The notes under the pieces are model-generated. The model saw nothing but the letters and a program-made list of their open reading frames with translations. It did no database searches and was not told where the DNA came from. 64,000 nt of DNA, taken from the IMG/VR virus record IMGVR_UViG_3300043418_000072, positions 1 to 64,000 of that record; one strand, written 5' to 3'. This document shows, piece after piece, positions 1 to 8,510 of this stretch (position 1 is the first letter of the stretch; the number at the start of each line of letters is the position of its first letter). The position numbers and the translations under genes were made by a program.

Positions 1-36
1 GATGATGTATTCAATCAACTGTTCGTATTTGTTCAT
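1..36 (-). CDS. 5' end of a probable prohead core/scaffold protein (runs off the window)
   Basis: Reads MNKYEQLIEYII from the ATG at 36. AAGGAA Shine-Dalgarno and a TAAATA late box (73-78) lie upstream. Position downstream of portal fits T4-like head core genes. Confidence 0.5.
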   Translation of the reverse strand, partial: MNKYEQLIEYII

Positions 37-137
37 ATTAAAAATTCCTTTCAATAATATGGCTTGTAATGATATTTACTAATCTACGCAGATTACTGCT
101 TTAAATGGGGGTTTTTTGAATCGTTTTGTCGGAATAA

Positions 138-380
138 TTAAATTCCACCAGGCATAGCACCCATTCCAGCGTCAGCGGCCGGAGCTTTGTACTGCTTGGT
201 AACTTTCTTCAATTTGTCTTCGTGTTCGAATTTGCGTACATCGTTTGCCATTCTCAGCTTGTTTAGGTGAGCAAAGGTTAGCTTAGTTTTACGCATATCT
301 TTAAGATGCTGGATGCTGTTATCGTCCTCTTCAGAACGATAACCTGCTTGTCTGCCGTCAAATAATTCAGTTATAAACAT
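138..380 (-). CDS. Small head-module protein, possible prohead core protein (gp67/gp68-like position)
   Basis: 80 aa ORF right after portal with its own TAAATA box (389-394). N-terminus MFITELF resembles a capsid-targeting/protease motif. Confidence 0.5.
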   Translation of the reverse strand: MFITELFDGRQAGYRSEEDDNSIQHLKDMRKTKLTFAHLNKLRMANDVRKFEHEDKLKKVTKQYKAPAADAGMGAMPGGI

Positions 381-410
381 ATATAGTGTATTTACTTATT
401 TATGTTGAAT

Positions 411-2117
411 TTACGCTGCTGCGGGAGGACCGCCCGGGGCCATTGCACCACCAGCTGCTGGTGCTCCAGGTGCTGGACCTACTCCGGGTGCGCCGGGTGG
501 CCCTTCTTCAGGGGCAGGGGCAACAGACTCTAAGTCTCCTGCAATACCGCCTGGTGTAACGCCAACGCTACGTAAGTCTGCGCCAGGTGCTGGTGCTGCT
601 TCTACGTCGCCTTGTTCTTCGTTCCACTGTTGTTCGTTTTCATTCATCTCTTGTTCGCTTAGACCTAAGTAACGAGTCATCAACCAACGCTTAGAGAAGT
701 ATGGGAACGCTTCTAAGCTAGTAAACGTTGCAATTCGTGCTTGGTCGGCTTCCGCTTGACTGTAGCTTGCAAAGTTTTGTGGCTCTTCGAATACCAAATC
801 AAACAATGAACCGTCGATGTTAATGCCTCTCCAACGCATAAACATCTTAAACTCTTGGTCAAGTTTGTCTACTACCATTGACTGTAAACGCTTGCAATAC
901 TGGTTGAAGCGCCATTCTTGGATCATTGCTGTGCCGACTTTACCGTCATTGGCACTTTGAGTTCCATCATCTAAGCCTGTTGGCAAATAGCTAGACGGAA
1001 TACGCAACCCACGGAATAGCTTGTTAGTAAAGAAACGCAAGTCTGTAATTTCGCCTAAGTTCTGACCGCCGGGTAGTGTATCAACACTAGATCCGCGACC
1101 GTCTGCTGTTACAGGGAAGAAGTAATCTTCGTTTGTGCTCAATGGATTGTACGTAGCATCCATCATGTTGGCACCGCCACCTGTTTGTGTAGGGATTCGG
1201 CGCTGTGAAACTTCGTTTTTAATACGGTCAACGAATGCCATAGCCATATGTGTTGGCATATTACCTACGTCAATCTTAAAGATTCTACGCTCCGGAGCAC
1301 GTTGCACACGGTAGATAATAATGCTGTCTTCGAGCAACTCTTTTTGCTTAAACACCTTGAAAACGTTTTCTAATACGCTGTTACCAAACGGCCAATATAC
1401 GTCTAAGCCTTCTGTTAAACTGATGTGTACCACATGTTCTGCGTTGATAACTGCTTCGTTTTGTTGGTGCGCAAAGCGTCCACCACCGCTTGATGGGCTG
1501 TTAGGTTGCACATAGCTACCGCTCGGACCGCCTACTTGTGGGTGGTTAGTGAATGTGTCACTGGTGCTAACTGCTGTAACTGTTAAGTTCTGGAAATTAG
1601 GGTTTAAGTCTTTAACAATATACTGTTCAGGCTTTTTGCCTTCTGCTTCGTTAACAATAACTTTAGTAACCTTGCTCATTTCAGTCCAGAATAACTTAAA
1701 TGTTTCTGGATCGCGGATAAACACTTGATCGCCGTACTTGATAACATTACGGAAAATCTTAAAGATGCGTTTGTTGAATTCGTTTAGAGCGACCCATTGC
1801 TGTAGCTGCTCTTTAATGATGTTTACTTCGTTGTCAGTTGGCTTGTCTTTGAAATGGATACTAAACGCTGTGTTGTTTTCCATGTTCTTTTGTGTAGAGA
1901 ACTCAGCTAAAATGTCTAGTGCAGCGTTAACTTCACTGTCCATGTCCATTTGTTCATACTGATTGTAACGCTCAACACGGTTAGGGTGACCGATATATAC
2001 TTCTGGTAGTGTGCTTTGATAGTTACGATAGCCAGGATCAGCTAAACGACCATTGGCCATTGGGCTTACGTTTGACGGTAAGTTTGCGCTCTTGAAATAC
2101 TTTTTCCACCCGGCCAT
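411..2117 (-). CDS. gp20: Portal vertex protein (T4 gp20-like)
   Basis: Motifs YRVQRAPERRIFKIDVGNMP, EDYFFP, GRGSSVDTLPGGQNLGEITDLRFF and GLRIPSSYL are typical of T4-type portals. SD AAGGA. Pro/Gly/Ala-rich C-terminal tail. Confidence 0.93.
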   Translation of the reverse strand: MAGWKKYFKSANLPSNVSPMANGRLADPGYRNYQSTLPEVYIGHPNRVERYNQYEQMDMDSEVNAALDILAEFSTQKNMENNTAFSIHFKDKPTDNEVNIIKEQLQQWVALNEFNKRIFKIFRNVIKYGDQVFIRDPETFKLFWTEMSKVTKVIVNEAEGKKPEQYIVKDLNPNFQNLTVTAVSTSDTFTNHPQVGGPSGSYVQPNSPSSGGGRFAHQQNEAVINAEHVVHISLTEGLDVYWPFGNSVLENVFKVFKQKELLEDSIIIYRVQRAPERRIFKIDVGNMPTHMAMAFVDRIKNEVSQRRIPTQTGGGANMMDATYNPLSTNEDYFFPVTADGRGSSVDTLPGGQNLGEITDLRFFTNKLFRGLRIPSSYLPTGLDDGTQSANDGKVGTAMIQEWRFNQYCKRLQSMVVDKLDQEFKMFMRWRGINIDGSLFDLVFEEPQNFASYSQAEADQARIATFTSLEAFPYFSKRWLMTRYLGLSEQEMNENEQQWNEEQGDVEAAPAPGADLRSVGVTPGGIAGDLESVAPAPEEGPPGAPGVGPAPGAPAAGGAMAPGGPPAAA

Positions 2118-2118
2118 A

Positions 2119-2664
2119 TTAAATTTCCTTTGCCTTATTGTTTAAATAAGCAGCTCTTCTTGTATCAGACCAGGAAGTTCCGGTTATCCCTTTATTCCAA
2201 GGAATCGTTCCTTTTTTAGTTTCTGAAATTTTTTGTTTAGTTTCCATTGATTTCGTTAATCCAATGTTAGCTTTTCTAATTTTGTTTGCATGTTGGATTG
2301 ACTTAGGCTTACTATAATTTTTTATTGCTTCCGCAGATCTAACTTTTCCTAAATTAGATTCTGATATTTTTATCTTAGTCTCAGCACTATGATGCCATCC
2401 CGATGTACATGCCCACTGATTTAATTTTATATTGTCAAGAACGCCGCCATCTAATTTTCTACCATATTTTCTTATCAACTGCATTTCAATTTGAAGAGCA
2501 TCGGCCTCTGTTAAATCTGTACAAATCAATTCTCTACAGTGTAAGGCAGGGACCGTTACATGTTTATGGGGTGCGTGGATACGGTTCCCTTTACCTTTTC
2601 CGATATAATATGGAGTTCCGTCTTCAGTTAAGTACCGATATACGTAGAAAATAGCTTGTGTCAT
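2119..2664 (-). CDS. Free-standing GIY-YIG homing endonuclease with NUMOD3-like repeats
   Basis: YVYRY...PYYIGKG GIY-YIG motif and catalytic Arg/Glu region. Two HSAETKIKIS/KSMETKQKIS NUMOD3-like repeats. Visibly AT-richer than flanking genes. Confidence 0.85.
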   Translation of the reverse strand: MTQAIFYVYRYLTEDGTPYYIGKGKGNRIHAPHKHVTVPALHCRELICTDLTEADALQIEMQLIRKYGRKLDGGVLDNIKLNQWACTSGWHHSAETKIKISESNLGKVRSAEAIKNYSKPKSIQHANKIRKANIGLTKSMETKQKISETKKGTIPWNKGITGTSWSDTRRAAYLNNKAKEI

Positions 2665-2681
2665 TGTGTATTTACCGTTGC

Positions 2682-5168
2682 TTAACTCATGTTACGCATA
2701 AGACGTTCCGTAATGTCCCTATTATCGCCCATAATTCTAATTAAGTCTTCTGTTCTAGACAGTTGCTCTTTAAACAGTGAGGCTAACTCACTAGACGAAT
2801 CCGATGTAGCTGACCTGTTTGCCCCAAACATCTTTAAGAGTTCGCTCATTCCAGCAGACCCTTCTTTGAGGCCACCGTCTTCTTTCATTGGTAGCACTAG
2901 TTCCTTGCCGTGCAGCATAGACGCATATCCAGTCATTGGGCCACTAGCAATACCACCGTTAGCATACGATCCAGTTGGGGTAGCAGCTTTGTCTGGTTTT
3001 GATCCAGTTAGTCCGCCCCAGTTTTGATATAGTCCATAGCCTGCGCCAAGAACGCCGCCAGCTAATGCACCCATTGGGCCAAACATGGCACCCATACTAG
3101 CACCAGATAGTGCTGCACTACCAACACCAAGTCCGGCGCCAAGTTTTTCGTGCCCTGATTCTTTAGCCATGTCGGCACCCTTATCAAGGGCTAGGCCGCC
3201 CACCATACCAGCAATAGATCCCTTGTTGCTTTTTAGGAAATCTCCTGCACCACTCTTAGCACTCTTAGCCATTTCTTTTGCGCCACCACTAATGCCACCA
3301 CTTGCTCCGCCTTTTGCAGCAAATAATGACAGCACTGGTACTATCGCAGTTAATGCTGACACAATACCTGCCATTGCTGTTAACAAAGGCGACTGTGTGC
3401 CTGCGTTAATTCCCAGTTTAGCAAGCTCTTTAACAGAACCTTCAATGTCTTTAATAGTTGTATCAATTGCTTTTGCAAACTGTGGCAAGTTCTGTGCTGC
3501 AATCTTTTCCATTTCGACTGCAAAACGCTGCTGAGTTTCTTGTAGTCCAACTTCTTCTCGCTTGCCGCCCTTGCCTTCGTTCATTTGTTCAAGGATCTTC
3601 TTACGCTCTTCTTCAGTTGCCGCAGTTTGCAACTTACGTGTCAGCTGATCAGTTTTCATTTGATCACGGGCTGCGGCTGCTGCATCAGCATTACCTGCGT
3701 TACCAGCTTGTGCCAATGCTTTGTTAGCCATTGCACCTTTGTGGATTTCGTCTGAGTTCTCACCTTGCACCTTAAGGGTGTTATCTAAGTTTAGTCTACC
3801 TTCTGCTGCCAGGTTAGCAAACTCTTGGTTAGACTTGGCCAGTCCGCTGTTAGTTGCTTCTGCAATAGCAACATCTTTGCTAATAACAGTGCCGTAGATC
3901 ATACGCTCACGCAGGGCTTTGCGCTGAACTTCGCTCATACCCTTCATACTCTCAGTGATGTTGATACGTTCTTGCTCTGTCATTCCATCTAATTGCTGCT
4001 GGAATGCCAAGTTATCATTTTCTTGTCTAATCTGCTCTTGCTTGGCTTTCATATCTTCGCCAGTTAAGTCAGACAATAGCTTTAAATTCTTTGCGTATGT
4101 TTCTGTACGTGCAGCAATTTCTTCATTGCTTGCATTTAGCTTCCCGCTCGGTCCGGCCATCTGAGCCATAACTTGAGCATAAGCTCCTGCTTGCTCTTCC
4201 ATGCCCATGCCTAGAGCCATCATGCCTTTGCGGGCACTTGCTCCACCAGCTTCCATTGCTTTAGCTAGTTTCTTACTGCCTTCACCTACGCCCATTCCCA
4301 ACTGGGACAGTGCATCTTTGTTCTCTCCAACTGCCTTAGAAAACTGTTCTAGTGTTAGTCCTGCAGAGTTAGCAGTTCTAATCATTTCTTTCATGCCGCC
4401 GGCAAACATCGCACCACTGGCACTCATTGTTTGGAAGCCGCCGATTAGCTTTTGAGTCTGTGACAGCATAAAGCCAATACCAGCTTTAGCTAATTCACTT
4501 ACAGTATTACTTAGGAATCCTAGTGCGGCGCCAGCAACTGACGCAGCTATACCAAACTTACCCATTTTGCCACCAGCACCTGCTGTGGCTGCACCAAAAT
4601 CCCCAAGAGCCTTTGCACCAACTTGTGTTGCTGAGTTAGCAGTGTCAATATTGGCTTTCATAAACTCAGATGCCACAGACAGTGCATCACCACCACTTAG
4701 AGCTGCTGTTGCAGATCTAGTAAACGAGCTTGCAACCCCTTTAAGCACAGTGCCTGCCAGTGTACCCATTGAGTTCTTGAAGATTTCGCTGGATTTGTTT
4801 CTAGCATTGGCTTCTTCGAGTATTGCTTTCTCAGCAATTAGTGCAGCTTTCTTCTCTTTGTCCGCGGTATTGTTTACTTCTTTGCGTAAGCTAGCCAGTG
4901 ATTCTTCAAGATCATCAGCTGACATTCCTCCGCTTTTAAACTTTTCCTTAAGGCCCTTTAAGCTAGCGTCAATTTGATCATACGATCGCTTGAACATCTT
5001 ATTGGCTGATTCCATGTTCTTAGCAAAATCCAGCGCAGTCTTCTTAGCGTCGGCTTCACTTTTGCCCTTACCAAGCTCTGTTGCGATATTTTTCTCAATG
5101 GTGTGCCGATATACTTCGCTTATCTTCTTAAACTTTTCTAACTCTTCGTCCAGATTTACATCAGCCAT
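2682..5168 (-). CDS. Tail tape measure protein
   Basis: 828 aa Ala/Gly/Lys-rich, predicted helical, with Gly-rich hydrophobic stretches and a C-terminal YANGGIASGP...HGKELVLP motif. Adjacent to hub chaperone genes. Confidence 0.75.
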   Translation of the reverse strand: MADVNLDEELEKFKKISEVYRHTIEKNIATELGKGKSEADAKKTALDFAKNMESANKMFKRSYDQIDASLKGLKEKFKSGGMSADDLEESLASLRKEVNNTADKEKKAALIAEKAILEEANARNKSSEIFKNSMGTLAGTVLKGVASSFTRSATAALSGGDALSVASEFMKANIDTANSATQVGAKALGDFGAATAGAGGKMGKFGIAASVAGAALGFLSNTVSELAKAGIGFMLSQTQKLIGGFQTMSASGAMFAGGMKEMIRTANSAGLTLEQFSKAVGENKDALSQLGMGVGEGSKKLAKAMEAGGASARKGMMALGMGMEEQAGAYAQVMAQMAGPSGKLNASNEEIAARTETYAKNLKLLSDLTGEDMKAKQEQIRQENDNLAFQQQLDGMTEQERINITESMKGMSEVQRKALRERMIYGTVISKDVAIAEATNSGLAKSNQEFANLAAEGRLNLDNTLKVQGENSDEIHKGAMANKALAQAGNAGNADAAAAARDQMKTDQLTRKLQTAATEEERKKILEQMNEGKGGKREEVGLQETQQRFAVEMEKIAAQNLPQFAKAIDTTIKDIEGSVKELAKLGINAGTQSPLLTAMAGIVSALTAIVPVLSLFAAKGGASGGISGGAKEMAKSAKSGAGDFLKSNKGSIAGMVGGLALDKGADMAKESGHEKLGAGLGVGSAALSGASMGAMFGPMGALAGGVLGAGYGLYQNWGGLTGSKPDKAATPTGSYANGGIASGPMTGYASMLHGKELVLPMKEDGGLKEGSAGMSELLKMFGANRSATSDSSSELASLFKEQLSRTEDLIRIMGDNRDITERLMRNMS

Positions 5169-5178
5169 GGTTTTTACC

Positions 5179-5186
5179 TATAAATA
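5179..5186 (+). promoter_or_regulatory. T4-type late promoter TATAAATA for the gp26-like gene
   Basis: Exact T4 late consensus 34 nt before the ATG at 5221. A gp55-like sigma is encoded in the window. Confidence 0.75.
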
Positions 5187-5203
5187 TACATTAGTATCAA
5201 TTA

Positions 5204-5211
5204 TATTTATA
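5204..5211 (-). promoter_or_regulatory. T4-type late promoter TATAAATA for the tape measure gene
   Basis: Exact consensus on the minus strand 35 nt before the ATG at 5168. Confidence 0.75.
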
Positions 5212-5220
5212 GGAAATAAA

Positions 5221-6069
5221 ATGCCAAATTCAAGCATCAACCCACTATCTCGTCACTTTCGCCAACCTGCAATGTACATTAAGTTAACCAGCGGTGGCAA
5301 GTACTGGGCAGACGGTGCGCTAGAGCTTCCGGGTACAGGAGAACTTCCAGTGTTACCAATGACAACTAAAGATGAAATCATCTTACGCACTCCAGACGCA
5401 CTAGTTAACGGAACTAGCGTAGTGCAAGTGATTGAAAGCTGCTGCCCGAACATTAAAGATGCATGGGCTATGCCAAGCATTGACGTTGATTCTACGCTAA
5501 TTGCAATTCGCATCGCTAGCTACGGGCAACACATGCCTATTAGCAGCAAGTGCCCTGCATGTGAAGAAGAAAACGACTATGATATCGATCTAGCAGAGTC
5601 GTTGTCTAAGGTAAAAATTCCAGACTACGTTACCCCAATTGCAGCAGACGAAACGCTGACTATTCAGTTAAAGCCCATGCCTTACTCGCAAGTAAGCAAA
5701 TCAGGCGGTGTTAAACTAGAAGAAGAGAAATTAATCCAGGCCCTTGCTAATCCAGACCTAGATGAAGAATTGCGTATTGCAGAGTACGATAAGCATGTTA
5801 AGAAAATGATTAGTCTTAACTTAGACAACATTGTGGCATGTACTAAAAGCATCACTGCTGACGGGATTGTGGTTACAAACCCTGCACACATTAGAGAATA
5901 CTACGCAAACGCAGAAGCTGGTGTAATGCGTAAAATCAACACACGTATGGAAAGCATCGCAGCTGAAGCTGGTATCAAGCCACATGACGCTACCTGCAAT
6001 GAGTGTGGCCATCAATTCAAACTAGCTGTGGAGTTTGATTACTCTAATTTTTTCGCCAAAGGCTTTTGA
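5221..6069 (+). CDS. gp26: Baseplate hub subunit/assembly chaperone (T4 gp26-like); true start 5221, not 4990
   Basis: NPLSRHFRQP...LPVLPMTTKDEIILRTPDALVNG...IDVDSTLIAIRIASYG plus two CxxC pairs (CPAC, CNEC). SD AGGA before 5221. The ORF-track extension to 4990 is antisense to tape measure. Confidence 0.8.
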   Translation: MPNSSINPLSRHFRQPAMYIKLTSGGKYWADGALELPGTGELPVLPMTTKDEIILRTPDALVNGTSVVQVIESCCPNIKDAWAMPSIDVDSTLIAIRIASYGQHMPISSKCPACEEENDYDIDLAESLSKVKIPDYVTPIAADETLTIQLKPMPYSQVSKSGGVKLEEEKLIQALANPDLDEELRIAEYDKHVKKMISLNLDNIVACTKSITADGIVVTNPAHIREYYANAEAGVMRKINTRMESIAAEAGIKPHDATCNECGHQFKLAVEFDYSNFFAKGF

Positions 6070-6284
6070 TTCTCAACGCAGAAGACAGCATGGCCCTCAT
6101 TGAGGGTTATGAAAAAGAAACAAAAGCCATGAAAGAGGAAGTGCTGCGTATATGTTGGTATATGCGCGGCGGTATAAGTTACAACGATGCCATGCTGTTA
6201 AGCCAGCAGGAAAGAGAACTTATAGATAAAATCGTTAACGATAACATGGAAACAACAAAGAAATCAGGACTTCCGTTCTTCTAA
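6066..6284 (+). CDS. Small hub assembly protein (gp51-like), possibly expressed as a -1 frameshift extension of gp26
   Basis: WYMRGGISYNDAMLLSQQERELI resembles gp51-like chaperone tails. Only a TTG (6066) or a weak ATG (6090) start. Its frame opens exactly at a T TTT TTC heptamer (6048-6054). Confidence 0.6.
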   Translation: MILNAEDSMALIEGYEKETKAMKEEVLRICWYMRGGISYNDAMLLSQQERELIDKIVNDNMETTKKSGLPFF

Positions 6285-6304
6285 GTCTCAGTTATTCATT
6301 TATT

Positions 6305-6810
6305 AAAGTCTAAGGGTTTAAAGATGTCTACGACATCTGTTGTTTCGCTTATCAGCTCACAACATAGGTTAAAGTTTTAATTTGTTAGCTTACATACAGA
6401 GCGAAGCGATTTAATACTTCATCTAGATTAATTGGTCACACTTTGCCCGAGCAGGGCAAAAAATGATTGAACTTCATCTGAGTAGCACAGTCACTTAGCG
6501 TTACAACAATTACAGAGGCGGTCGTCCGGTACCTCGAGTTGCGTCTTTATACGACGGCAGTTTATATACATACGCTAACACATATATAAACGTTAGGGTT
6601 TTTCTCCCTTCTTTTAGCCTTGATTAAATTCTTTTCAAACAGCAAAACCGGTTTTATGAAGGCATATCCGATCGTCGTCCTGTTAAGGATAGTTGCTGAG
6701 TGCTCCATACAGCGTGGAGTCTTCCGTCCCTGTGACCCGAGGTCCAGTTTTCCTAGGCGCCCGACTTTTAGCTGGCGCTTGCCTTATACTGTGTATCCTG
6801 CTTAGACTTT
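6305..6810 (-). ncRNA. Candidate large structured RNA (~506 nt), family not recognised
   Basis: Fills a 530-bp gene-free gap. Bounded by a perfect 10-bp inverted repeat (AAAGTCTAAG 6305-6314 / CTTAGACTTT 6801-6810). At least eight internal stems. One 14-bp helix (6560-6591) has four G-U pairs on the minus strand that would be A-C mismatches on the plus strand. Confidence 0.55.
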
Positions 6811-6815
6811 GTGTC

Positions 6816-7244
6816 TTAAATTTTGTTTATGATGTGGGAGCCATGGACACGAACAGAAATCTGTCCGTTATAATAATCTGTTGTTTCTAATACTTTACGT
6901 TCGAATTGCTCTCTAGCTTCAATGTAACTACATTCAGCCTTTGATTTGCAAATGTGAAGTATCTCTCTGGAAAAGTTTTCGGTGCCTAATTTTGTAATGT
7001 CTGAGGTTAACTCTGTGCTTGAACCATAATATTCTCTCCAATCGCTATCGATCTTTGAGCGGATTTTCTTTTTCTTTTTCGTGCCATTCTTTAATTTCAC
7101 TGTTTTTACAGTTGTCTTAGAGAACTTGGCTAGTTTTTTGCCTATGTACTTTCGGCCAGATAGATTATTTGTAATTAAGTAAACAAACCCAACACAGTCT
7201 TCGGGTAATTCTTCGACGGGTGCGCCTTGATATATCCAGGTCAT
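6816..7244 (-). CDS. Small GIY-YIG nuclease (endonuclease II/DenA-like)
   Basis: GFVYLITN...KYIGKK, YYGSS, FSREIL..C, EAREQF and YYNGQI match the single-domain GIY-YIG fold. Very basic insert KTVKLKNGTKKKKKIRSK. Confidence 0.8.
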   Translation of the reverse strand: MTWIYQGAPVEELPEDCVGFVYLITNNLSGRKYIGKKLAKFSKTTVKTVKLKNGTKKKKKIRSKIDSDWREYYGSSTELTSDITKLGTENFSREILHICKSKAECSYIEAREQFERKVLETTDYYNGQISVRVHGSHIINKI

Positions 7245-7277
7245 GTTAGATTAGTTTTAGTGCCATGTGTTCTATAG

Positions 7278-8510
7278 TTATGCCTTGATGCTAGTAGTAA
7301 AATAATTTGTTATTTGGGGCTGTTTAAGCCATTGCCATAATGTTAGCTTCTCGTACAATTCCTGCGTTAAAACAGGATCGCCTGGTAGCTCTAGTGCCTT
7401 GATGATTGCCTTAATTTCGTTGTCTATGTGTTGCTTGAACCATGTAGGGTCGCGTGGGTTGCTATCTGCTGGTGCAGGTTCGCTATGCTCCCATTTGCTA
7501 TATTGTTCAAGCAACCGTTTTTTAATATCTTGTGGTAAGTGTTGTATCTGTTGATATGCTGGACGAACTAACATGTTAGTCATTACATCAACTTCTCTTG
7601 ATACACACCAGCGGTATAAATCGTCTAATGTGTGTACACTCAGTGCGCTAGGTACTGCACGTACTGTAACATAGACGTGTCCTTGTTTGCGATGCTTTAG
7701 GTATAAATCAATATTGTCTAATACTGTTTGCGTACTCGAACCCTGTCGAATCAAATCGTTAAGTTCCCCGGTGCATTCAATACTAACACCAACGTCTACG
7801 TGTCTGAATGCGTTTAGTTTCTGCATCAGTGATTGATTAAACACCGTTCCGTTGGTAGTAAATCCTAGATATATGTTGTTCTTGCCCGCAAGTAGCAGGC
7901 GGTCAATTAGCTGTTCAAAGCGAGGGTTAAGTAAGGGTTCTCCACCTATTAAGTGTACAAACTCCAAGTCTTTTGACCCGCAGATGTAGTCAGTTACATG
8001 ATCCCATGCTTGTTGATCTTCAGTCCAGTTCATACGGGCAGCACCTCTAAAGGTCCCTGCTTTAATTTCTTGGACTGCAATCTTACTGCTAGCCATTGGC
8101 GTACACATTCTGCAAGCAAGATTACATTCGTTACCTAAGCTGATATGAAAGCTGTTAATACGTGGTGCAATATTTTCGTACTTGCGTTGATCAAATGTTT
8201 TGTAGAAGTTAACGGGATCAATTCCGTCTTTGTGATTTTCTTTAACTCGTTTGCTACTAGACCCCATTGCATCTTCATGATAACACATAGCGCACAGGGG
8301 CTCATTGATGCCCGACAATTTGTTAACACGGGCAGCATGTTGGTGTTCACTAGCAACCCACTCGGGTATAGTCATGATATGTACATTGTACTGTGCAGCC
8401 GCAGGCGTCCCATATACACGGTTGGGCTGTGCTCCACAGGTATGATAAGTGCCATCTGCATTGATATGCACTTCCTTCCATGGCACATTACAAAATACTT
8501 TATCGATCAT
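7278..8510 (-). CDS. Radical SAM protein with N-terminal twitch/SPASM-like Cys module
   Basis: CNLACRMC motif, GGEP and TTNGT core motifs. N-terminal FCNVPW...TC...CAMC. Confidence 0.88.
   Translation of the reverse strand: MIDKVFCNVPWKEVHINADGTYHTCGAQPNRVYGTPAAAQYNVHIMTIPEWVASEHQHAARVNKLSGINEPLCAMCYHEDAMGSSSKRVKENHKDGIDPVNFYKTFDQRKYENIAPRINSFHISLGNECNLACRMCTPMASSKIAVQEIKAGTFRGAARMNWTEDQQAWDHVTDYICGSKDLEFVHLIGGEPLLNPRFEQLIDRLLLAGKNNIYLGFTTNGTVFNQSLMQKLNAFRHVDVGVSIECTGELNDLIRQGSSTQTVLDNIDLYLKHRKQGHVYVTVRAVPSALSVHTLDDLYRWCVSREVDVMTNMLVRPAYQQIQHLPQDIKKRLLEQYSKWEHSEPAPADSNPRDPTWFKQHIDNEIKAIIKALELPGDPVLTQELYEKLTLWQWLKQPQITNYFTTSIKA

Noticed and set aside
80-95. TAATCT-ACGC-AGATTA hairpin beside a late box
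   Set aside because: Only 6 bp, AT-rich and without a U tract. Could be chance.
2689-4977. Several 70-150 aa plus-strand ORFs opposite tape measure
   Set aside because: Shadow ORFs expected from Ala/Gly-rich codon usage.
4990-5220. N-terminal extension of gp26 in the ORF track
   Set aside because: Antisense to tape measure and spans both late promoters. The ATG at 5221 has an SD.
6305-6810. Group I intron, group II intron, RNase P RNA, tmRNA or hammerhead as identity of the non-coding element
   Set aside because: CUCAGCAACUA resembles the group I R element, but no matching S/P7 partner was found and no gene is interrupted. AGGAAAACUGG resembles RNase P CR-I but lacks the 3' P4 strand. No domain V, tRNA-like ends, tag peptide or CUGAUGA core was found.
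6620-6890. Short plus-strand ORFs 6620-6805 and 6693-6890
   Set aside because: Non-ATG starts, no SD, no recognisable motifs. They overlap the structured element and the GIY-YIG gene antisense.
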